From contig JBITNC010000001.1 in assembly GCA_050084985.1 (NCBI GenBank), positions 139,128,001 to 139,192,000 on the forward strand: a stretch of DNA of 64,000 nt, read 5' to 3'. Source of the stretch: Nageia nagi. Lineage: Eukaryota; Plantae; Pinophyta. This document shows positions 54,349-64,000 of this stretch, one piece after another (positions within the stretch are counted from its first letter, which is position 1; every line of letters starts with the position of its first letter). The position numbers were made by a program, and so were the translations under genes. The notes under the pieces were generated by a model. The model did not search any database and was not told the origin of the DNA. It saw only the letters and a list, made by a program, of their open reading frames with translations.

Positions 54349-55140
54349 ATGTCGAATGCCAATTTTGAAAGGAGATTTTCAATAATGGATAATCATTTGG
54401 CTAAGTTATTAGATGTTGGAGAAAATGTAAATATTAATCAAAGACATCAAAATGAAGTTGGAGGATCTGATTCATCATCTTTATCAAATCAAGTTCCATT
54501 CAAGGTGGAGGCCAAAGTGGACATTCCAACTTTTGGTGGAGAGGTTGATGCGAAAAAGTTGAATAATTGGTTGAAATAATTTAAGGTTTATTTTCAAATT
54601 CATGGTGTTGTAAATGATTTTGACAAATCTCTTTTTCTAGGTTGAATATGGTTGGACATGCTTTAGTTTGGTGGGAAATCCATGTAGAAACTCTTAGTAA
54701 TGAACACTTATTGGAACTATCTTCTTGGGTTGAATTTAAGAACTTGTTAAGAGATCAATTTTATTTATTAGGACATCATAATAAAAAATTAATGAAATGG
54801 AAATTATTTAGGAATAAAAGAGGGAAAACAGTTCAAAAATACACTATGGAATTTAGGAAACAAGCTACTTTGCTTAGGGTTTCACTAAAATATACTCAAA
54901 CTTTAATGAAGTACATTAGAGGTTTACATAGTCATTTGCAAAATACTATCATGCTGTTTAATCCTACTAATCTTGATCAAGTGTGTGTGCAAGCACAATA
55001 CTTAGAGGAGGATGGTAAAGTGAGGAGACAATATGATGAATCCAAGAAGGCTTCTAATTCAAAGGGAGTATAGGATAAAGGTAAATCTCAATACAAAGGC
55101 AAAGGTAAGCAAGAAACTAAGGCCACTAATATTTCAAAGA
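54349..55140 (+). pseudogene. Chromovirus gag
   Basis: PFKVEAKVDIPTFGGEVDAKKLNNWL; ALVWWE; TVQKYTMEF; KYIRGL. Confidence 0.85.
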
Positions 55141-55147
55141 AAAAGGC

Positions 55148-57205
55148 ATGTTTTCTCATATTACTTCACTTTTACATGATGGAACTAGCAAGAGGCATGT
55201 TTTCCAATGGGGAAAGCAACAACAAATATCTATTGTTAATGCACCCGTGCCTGCACTTCCTGATTTGCAGAAGCCATTTGAAGTGGAGATTGATGCAAGT
55301 GACTATGCCATGGGGATCATTTTGTTACAAGAAGGTAAACTAATTTTCTATCATTCCAAAAATTTTAGTAGGGCCATTTTGAATTATCCTACTTATGATA
55401 AGGAAATGAATGCATTGGTTCAAATTGTTAAAAAGTGAAAATATTACTTACTAGGGAAAGAAATAATCATTCATACTAATCATCAACTATTAAAGTACTT
55501 ACAAACTCAATCAAAATTGCAACAAACTAGACACTATATATGGATGGTCATAAGAAAGGAACACAAAATAAGGTTGTTCACATGCTTTCTAGACCATTGG
55601 TACTTGCAAATTCCATGATGTTGGCAATTGCAACACTAATTTTAGGTTGTTAACATCATGCAAACAGGGGCCAATGTGTTCCTCTTAATGTTGAAATCTC
55701 TTATTTTTCTTTCTGGGTCATTTTTAGAGGCATATGTGCAGGATCCTAACTTTGAAAAGGTTTATGAGCAGTGTCTTCATCTAGTTACATGTATGAGGGC
55801 TTTTGATCATTTTCATTTGTAAAATAGAATTCTTTATCATTTTAATGCATTATATGTACATGTAGGTGAAAGGATTGGATTGATTAGAGAAGAACATACT
55901 TCAAATATTACAGGATATTTTGGGCTTGGAAAGATATTGTACAATTTGCAAAGATATGTATATTGGCCAAAGATGTAAGATCAAGTTGTCAAGTACATAA
56001 GGGGGTGTTCTTTATGTTGCACCAACAAGTCAAGTAATAGGAAATTTGGTTTGTATCAACCACTACCAGTACCAACTCATCCTTGGGAGTGTATTTCCAT
56101 GGATTTTATGGGAGGATTGCCTATGACCAAGAAGGGTCATGACTATTTATTTGTTGTTGTCAATAGATTTAGCAAGATGTATGCTTTGATTCCTTATAAG
56201 AAGATAATAACAGGAAAACATGCTGCAAATTTGTTCTTTTCATATGCTTGTGTTCATTTTGGATTGCCTACTTTTATTATTTCAAATAGAGATAGTAGAT
56301 TTTTGGGCAAGTTTTGGACATGTTTGTGGGAAAATATGAATACAAGGTTGCATAGGAGTACTACCTTTCATCCTCAAATGAGTGGACAAACCAAGATGAT
56401 GAATAGGAAAGTGGTTCAACTTTTAAGGGGTTATTGTGGCAAGCATCCTAAGTCTTGGGATGACCATCTTGAATATATCCAACATTCATACAATAGGGCA
56501 ATTCATTATTCCATTAATAAGAGTCCTTTTGAGACTTATTTTGGTTATTTACCACCACCACCTTTTTATTGTATGTTTGGGCAGCAAAAGGATGGAGATT
56601 CACTTGAGAAAGAAGAGAAACAAGCTGAAGTGTTTGTTGAAATGATTAGGCAAATTCATTTGAAAATCCAAGAGCAAGTTAAGACAAGCCAAGACAAGTA
56701 CAAGATGAGACATGATAAACATAGAGTTGACCATAAGTTTCATATGGTAGACCATGTTTAGTTACATCTTAGTAAGAAGAGGTTGAAAGGACCAGCTAAG
56801 AAGTTGAAACCTATAAGGTATGGAATATTTGAGATTATGGAGCAAGTAAATGAAAATGCTTTTAGAATGAATCTACTGAAATATATGAATATCTATTTGA
56901 TTGTGAATGTGGAATATTTAAAACTATATGAGCCATCTATGTTGACTAAATATGAAGCTGGTGCAGATCAAATTTTGCCATCTCTTAATGAATTAGCTCC
57001 TAATATTATGGATGAACTCAAGGAGGATTCCATACTACAAAAGAAGGTTTGTGCTATAAGAAGAGGTGAGATAGAGCTATGGTTGGTTGGATTGAAGGTA
57101 AAGAAGCCTAATAAAGCCAAGTGGATGGACAATTCTAGGGTTGGGGAGTTGTATCCTCATCTATGTATTTGTGGGACAAACTACCTTATCATTGGGGAGG
57201 TGTGA
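55148..57205 (+). pseudogene. Chromovirus RNase H, integrase and chromodomain
   Basis: PVPALPDLQKPFEVEIDASDYAMG..YPTYDKEM; PWECISMDFMGGLP..FHPQMSGQT; IRYGIFEI; ILQKK..RRGEIELWLVGLK..AKW..LYPHL. Confidence 0.9.
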
Positions 57206-60200
57206 TCCAAATTAGATCATGCCATGTTGATCTCTGCAGGAGTAGTACTCATTATAGAGGTATATATATGCTTAGAGATTGATCTAAGATTGAAATTTGG
57301 AAGTGATTAGTGAAAAAAACCACATTGTTAATAGCCTAAGTATACTATTTTTAGGCATTTAATAAACTTCATTTTGATGAGTCAGCAATGGAAATTGAAG
57401 GGGCATCATCAGTTCATACAGTTGAGCAATTCAAGATCATCAAGCAGTATCTTGGAGATATTTTTATGTCTATTTTAAGGCATGCTACTCTCTTGATTCT
57501 TCAATCTTAGCTTTGGAGAGTTTTGGAGTTTTGGGATTGTAAATATTTTAAGGAAGACCAACAGTAGAATTTTTGTAGTTCTGAAGTTGTTCTTGTTGCG
57601 ATTGGAGATTGTAGTAGTGTTGTAGGAGATTGTATTACCATTATTTTGATGGTATTTCTTTATATGCATGTAATATTGTAATGTCCATAGACAATGAGAA
57701 GAGAAGGCTCATATAACATGATGGATTAGCCCACATTAGTTAACCTAGGGTAAATCATTGTATTGATCTTGTTGTGTATGATTGAGATTATTAATTTGTA
57801 GTTTTACATTGTGCAATTTTGAATTTATATGCAATTTGATGGGTCTCATAATGGTGAATATTTTTTCATTTGAATTTGTAAGTGAGGATCCAAGTATGCT
57901 ATAAGCATCTGATGATTACAGATCATATTTGGTTTGGAATGAGATTAATGCTTGCATGCATCAATTAGATGCATTGGATTTTTTATATTTACAAGAAATT
58001 AATGTGGCATATTTTCATTTACAATCAACCTACACTGTGATTTGGTCGAAGAACCACTTTTTCACTACTAATCATGGTGAGGATAAAGGTAATGTTGTTA
58101 CATTTATTGCTAAAAAGTGGCATTCCCATTTTGTTACTTGGGGAACTGATCCCACCAACTAGGATGTGTGAGTTCTTCTTGAGGTGGCTAGTATGTCCTT
58201 TGGTATTCTCAATATTTATGTTTCAAATAATGCATCTAAGCATTGCTTAATATGGCATTGGATTGCTTTTTCTCTACCACAAGCCACGTAGTTATATATG
58301 CAAGGATTTTAATATGATTGAAAGAGCTTCTGAAAAGATTGGTATCCATCTTGCCAAGTGGCCTAATGGGGAATGTCATGCCCAGTACTTCATGTGAAGT
58401 AAATTAGGATTTGTCAATCCAAATGCCTAGTTTTTTTCAACTAATTTTCCACATCATCTTTGGTACACATGGTCTAATTTTCAAGTTGGAGACACCCGTA
58501 TCATACATTTACTTGATTTTGCCATGTTGTCTGATCAGTAAACATTTCATTTTCATCAATGTAACCAATCAATACCATTTGTGCAAGTCATGTCATACAC
58601 CACCACCTTAGATCATGAATCAATTTAGTTCACCATTACTCACAACTATCTTCCACCTATGAAATACATATCTCAGTTCTTCATGAACACATCATTTCTC
58701 AATTCTCCAGTAATGGTTGCTCATATTCATCATATTTAGAACTTGGTTCCTCGACCTTTTGGCATTTATGTCCATATTGAATGGTGGAATTGTGCTATCT
58801 ATCGTACAATAGTGTTGCTTCACAACCTTGGGTGGAAGGTTTCTCAATCCAAGTGACGATCTAATGTTACTTTGTAGGAGGAATTGGTTAGAATTATGAT
58901 TCAGTTGGAAATTGACCCTTTCTCTATTACGCTTCAATCTCAAGTTGCTCAAAGTCACCTAGAGCTTGATATTTTTGATATTTATGAAGCTCAAGGCACT
59001 CAAACTAAAACCAAAATGCAATGGCTTAAAGAGGGCGATAAAATGACCAAGGAATTTTTCAATCGGCTCCCTCCCCTCGTTAAGCCACTTAGTTCAAAGC
59101 CCTCCTTAATGGTCAAAATTGGGCCACCTCCATAGCTAAGATTTTTGAATTTTTTGTGCGAAATTATTCTCATGGTTTTACTTCACAACAACCCAATGCT
59201 CAAACCCTTGAGGTTGTTTCTTCCTATATTGTTGTTGTGTCTATTAAATTGTCTGCATCACAATGGTTAGAGCATGACCAACCTCTATTATAGGATGATT
59301 TAAAAGAAGTATTAAGTCAAATAGCCAATGATAAAGCTCCAAGGTTAGGTCATTTCCCTTATGAATTTTTCAAAATTTTCTAGGATATGAATGGTCCCAA
59401 CCTTCTTAAGGTTTACCAATAAGTAATACATAACAACTCTCTGGGGAAGATAATCAATAAGGGAGTGATGAAATTTATTCCCAAGTTAGGTGATCCAGAA
59501 ATTATTACAAATTGGAGGCTATAAGATCATTGCTAAAGCTCTTACTTTAAAGCTGCAACCTCTTCTTCCTCTCATTATTTGACCTAACCAAACTAGTTTT
59601 ATAAAAGTTCATTATTTTCTTGATAATTTTTTGCCCATCTAGGAAGGAATGGAGTGGGCAAGGATTAGTCAACAATCTGCTCTTTTTGTTAAGATTGACT
59701 TTAAGAAGGCTTATGACATAATTAAGTAGCATTTTAGTCTTGCCATGCTCAAAGCTCTTGGGTTTGGGAAATATTTTATTCATTCAGTTTACATGTTATT
59801 TCAAGATGCAACAATTGTACTTTCTATTAATGTTTCTCAATCTTTTGCTATTGGTATGTTCCACTCTATGTGTCAAGGTTTCCCTTTAGCCCCTTCTCTT
59901 TACATTTTAGCAGCTAAAGTCTTTGGTTATCTTTTAGCTCAATAGGTTTCTATTGGAAATATTAAGGGTATCTCTCTCCCTTTTTCCTAATCCCAACTTG
60001 TTAATGGTCATTTTACAGATGACTATTTCTTGACTATGAAAGAATAAGAGAAGTTTATTAGTCATACCATTTCTTGTTTAATACCTTTTGCTAATATTCA
60101 GGGTCTAGTGTTCAATGGCATAAGACTTCTTGTTATTGCCAATCTATTGATGATATGCCCTCCTAGATTCAAGGTTTTCAGTGGCATTGGATTACTCCTG

Positions 60201-63200
60201 GGGAAGTTTAAATTCCTAGGTATTTCATTTGCATTTCAATCCTCCCCTACTAAGTTTTGGTCTATTATGGTTCAAAAAGTTGAGCAGAAGTTGGAATATT
60301 AGTTTAGAAAGAAACTTTCTTTGGTTGGGAACTTTCAAATTTGTTCTAAGGTTTTGGCTACCACTCATATATTATTCATCTTGTTCGATCCTATCGAAGA
60401 ATTGCTTTCTCAAACTTGAGCATTTGCTCAAGGATTTTCTATAGTCTAATTTCAAAGATAAAAGGGTTTTCACAAGGTTTCCTAGGAAAATTGCTTCCTT
60501 CCTCAATCTTTAGGAGGTATAGGAATTTTTTATTATCACAAACAAGGTATTGCTCTATATGCTAAATGGCTTGTTTGAGCTATTTCAGGAGAGGAGGTAT
60601 GGAAGGTTTTATTTAGATAATTTATTTCTACAGGACTTCCTTTTAACTATCAAGCTTGGAGAGGTATAGGATTTGCTTTCCTCTTTATTGCTCTGATTTC
60701 CATCATCATTTTTGGCTCTTTTGTTATAAAAAATATTTAGAAACCATGGGAGCAAATTAAGCCTTGGCTTCACTGGAAAGGATTGGATCGTCATAAGATT
60801 TTTTTTGCTAAAAATTTGAATGTGTGGTAGTCTTCAATTTTGACTCTTCAAGGACTGCCCTTTGCTAGTTACCCTTGGATTCATGCTCAAAGATTTTATG
60901 AGAAAGGTATTGCTACTTTGTTGGATTTCTACTTTGTTCATGATAGAGGTTGGCTTTCTTGGCATCTGTTTAAATCCAAGAATGAGCTTTACCAAGATGA
61001 TAGGATTACTTATGAGGCAATCCTAGATACTATCCCTTTAACAGTACTTTAAAAGCTCCACACTCAAGTTCAGAGGTTGTGATGGTCAGAATGGCAATGG
61101 TATAAAGCAACCCCATTTTGTAATTATAAACCTAGAATGGATTATTTGTGGCTATCTCCTAGCCTTCCCATGCATGATAATCTTAATATTAAGTGGAATC
61201 TTATATCAACTAGATCTAAATGGAGAATTCGATTTCAATCAATTTTGGAAGACTTACCTTGACCCAAAGCTCTCCTTTTTTTCTTGGTGTTTGTTGTCTC
61301 CAAGTCTTTCGTTGGGTCCTCGATTAGTTCACTTGGGGGTAGTTGACACATGTTGTGTTTTTTATGATCATCTAAAGTCTTATTTTCACATCTTTTGGGA
61401 ATTCCCAAATGCTAGGTCTGCATGGCATTAGATTGAATATTTTTTTTGCCTGTAAATGTCTCATTCTCTTGCTTAGTTCTACATTTTGTTGGGTGATTCT
61501 CCAAACTTTTCTTTGGTTCTTTCTAAGATATGTCACATATTTCGTACTACCATCTTATTCCACATTTGGAAGGATTTTTTATTAGTTGGAGCCTTTTATT
61601 GCTTTCTCTATAATTGATAAGATGTTGGTTTTCTGTTATGCTTGGTTACAGATTTTTGTTCAGATTGACAAAGTTTAGATGGAGCTTAGCCACCTACATG
61701 ACCTTCTAGAGTTTTGGGGTAATGCTCTATGTGCTATTATTAGGATTTCTTTGGAGCACCTCGTTCGTAAGCACTCCCATTCTAGGTCTCGACAACGCCA
61801 TCACCCTTCGCAACATAATACAGGCTGAATTCCCTCCCCTCATCATGATTAGAGTGCCATGCATCCACTGCTAGGAGATTCTTCTTGTTGTGTTGATGGT
61901 TGGGGGTCTTATCCAGAGGTGATGGTAGTTATCATAGCAACTAGCTACTAGGATTCTTAACCCATTTTACAAGCTCCTGCAGACATGGCTAGTGGATGGA
62001 ACATTGCTCCCAAACCTCCTAAACTTCTTGATAACTCAAGCTGGGGTATCGTTTCGATACCTGCTAATAATTGGCAAAACTTGATGGATGAGGAAGACCA
62101 CCAATCATTCTCTCCCTAAGCAGAATAGTCTAAGCATATACATTTTATAGTTTTGTAATCTTCATATGGTTGCGATGTTTCGTTGGTGTTTTTATATTAA
62201 GTTTTGTTCCCAACTCTTGGAGTGGGAGTGACTATGGAATGTACCGTCTACCACCCAACTCTTTCTTATTGTAAGTTTATGTATTTTAATTTTTAATACA
62301 AGCCAACTTTACATCAAAAATTTAAAAATAAATTTCCAAAGTTTGATTTGTAATTAGAAGATTAAATTTATTAAACTTCAAAATGAACAAACATTACACG
62401 AACAATGCTGACATATATCTAGATCATTCATTACAGTTATACAAAAACCCTTATAGACAAGGAGAATAATATGCTACTATAATCCACATTTTTATCTTGT
62501 GATTTTTTCATCAAACTTGTGTTTCCATATATTTAGGAGTTTTCTAGTAATCATTTTTAAGTTATATTTTTCTCTTTCATTAAATGATAATCATGGTATT
62601 TATACTTTCTATATGAAAGAGAAATAGAATATGACAATAATCTATTTTGAAAATGTAATTTTTATTATAGCATTTTAAGAAGAATTTTCAATTTTTTAAG
62701 AGGATTACAAATCTCTCTAATACTTCTATCTTATTTTTAGTTTAATGATATAATGTGAAATTTCATATTAAAGATTACAACATTCACACACTTATAATTA
62801 TTTTTCTTAGGTTTATATTTTACAATATTAATGTCAACAACATTAAAAGATCAATTCAGTCGTAATAAACATTTTAAAAATCTTAGTTTCAACTTTCAAC
62901 ATGTACTGTAAAAAAATTTAAATCATTTCATGAATTGATAGATAGGCAAGTTAGAGATGGGTAGTTGAAACTATCAAAAAATGAGAGACCTAGGTCCAAG
63001 TCTTCTTGTGGCTTGTTGAAATATCCCAAGAATTCTATCGAATTGATGGTAGATGTGGATGAGGTTTTGTCAATTTTTTTATTAAAAAAAATCATAGTAG
63101 TATAAAAAAAACCTTATTTGTGATGCTTCTTTTTAAAGACCCAAATTGAAGAAAATACTATTTGATGAACTAATCATCGTCAATTGAACTTACCATTATG

Positions 63201-63349
63201 TTAGAACGTTTAATTATAGAAATCTCAACTCTCTACTAAGAACAAGCCCCTCCTAAGTTCATGATTTAATTTTAGCCAAAAATTTCATAATAAAAAACAA
63301 TGTAATATTAAGCTTTGAAAATCAGAAATATATTTATTTTATATATTCT

Positions 63350-63865
63350 ATTTGGACTTAGTCTTAACCATCGTTAGACAAGAAAGGCAGCAGAGGCAAC
63401 AACCATGGTTAAATCTCCTCTGTTTTACCTGAATACATGTATTCAGATCCTGCACGGCGGAATCGGATGCCTGATTGTATCTATAGAAATGTTTATAACT
63501 TCCTTCCATGGTCCGTATTATGAACTTAAGATTAGAGAGGCTTTGTGGGTGGCCACAGCTTCCACTCCACATTTTACAGCAATGAACACCAATTTCAATA
63601 TTCTAAACAAAGGAGTATTGTACTGGTACAGTATGTTTCATTTCACAGGAAAAACATGAAGAATGGTGTTAGAATACCTGCTCTACAGAGACCTGTTGAC
63701 ATCTAAGAGAATAAGCAACTGTCTTGTAGGGTCTGCTTATGGATTCTTGCTGCCCAAGCAGTGAATTCGGAGATGGAGATGCATAAATCCAAATTTTTCT
63801 TTAAACTCATTCTGAACCCAAAAAAACCCTCCTCGAAACAAGATGATAGGCCAGTATAAGTCTGT
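63350..63865 (-). other. Probable 3' UTR of the kinase gene
   Basis: Non-repetitive, CpG-retaining sequence downstream of the stop, ending sharply at AT-rich DNA ~63350. Confidence 0.45.
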
Positions 63866-64000
63866 CTACCTGATAACTTTCGACTCACTATTAGATGAAT
63901 AGGAACGACTGCTAGAAATCATGAACGAACTACTCCCATTATAACCAACCCCCTGATGTGTTAAGGGCAGAGGCCTATCTGGAATCTCAGGAATTTCAAC
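63866..64000 (-). CDS. C-terminal 44 aa of an At1g11050/RKF3-family receptor-like kinase (continues beyond the window)
   Basis: Minus frame from 64000 reads VEIPEIPDRPLPLTHQGVGYNGSSSFMISSSRSYSSNSESKVIR*. The (I/V)PxIPDRPxPL tail is recalled as characteristic of this family. Higher GC and CpG than the flanks. Confidence 0.72.
   Translation of the reverse strand, partial: VEIPEIPDRPLPLTHQGVGYNGSSSFMISSSRSYSSNSESKVIR

Larger units (their letters stand above)
53432..57925 (+). mobile_element. Ty3/gypsy chromovirus with both LTRs, lacking PR and RT
   Basis: LTRs 53432-54153 and 57203-57925 (TGATC...GATCA); perfect TSD TATTT; tRNA-Met PBS TGGTATCAAAGC 54156-54167; PPT ttggggaggtg 57192-57202. Confidence 0.95.
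51997..62322 (+). mobile_element. Apparently full-length degenerate L1 LINE (interrupted at 53432-57925)
   Basis: ORF1 motifs WVKRTWAP, GPW and CYRCHSNIHIIYECP (52774-52818); ORF2 MNFLSWNVRGL at 53376, resuming DFLYLQE after 57930; WLKEGDKMTKEFF; RT KIDFKKAYD, QGFPLAPSLY, FTDD (~59690-60025); 3' end ...ttaataca..atcaaaaa; possible low-complexity TSD taaaaataaattt (51984-51996 and 62323-62335). Confidence 0.85.

Noticed and set aside
63348-63888. ORFs 63348-63572, 63405-63659 and 63703-63888 as genes
   Set aside because: No recognisable motifs; better explained as chance frames in the kinase 3' UTR.

Overview
AT-rich, strongly CpG-depleted land-plant nuclear DNA. It looks like a large-genome seed plant, probably a gymnosperm (inference). 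Almost the whole window is nested, pseudogenised retroelements. (1) 1-2560: 3' end of a Tekay-like chromovirus. (2) ~3563-28218: a Tat/Ogre Ty3/gypsy (element A; gag-PR-Gpatch-RT-RH-aRH-INT) with an antisense Plant Mobile Domain (PMD) ORF, interrupted by a 4.5-kb solo LTR and a 2-kb non-autonomous LTR element. (3) 28219-32300: a truncated minus-strand Tat/Ogre (element B). (4) 35116-39612: an inverted second copy of the 4.5-kb solo LTR. (5) 41340-42790: an ORF1-only L1 beside a CpG-retaining island. (6) ~43610-50557: a second PMD-bearing Tat-like element lacking gag-pol (element C), followed by copia remnants. (7) ~52.0-62.3 kb: an apparently full-length L1, interrupted by a two-LTR chromovirus lacking PR and RT. 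The only host gene visible is the last 44 codons of an At1g11050/RKF3-family receptor-like kinase on the minus strand at the window end. Best candidate for something undescribed: both PMD-carrying elements have an array of a family-specific palindrome directly upstream of the antisense PMD unit, and they share a conserved CAAGTCAAAAGGGGGC motif. This layout recalls sequence-specific TE anti-silencing systems. All alignments were done by eye, and boundaries without a TSD are approximate.
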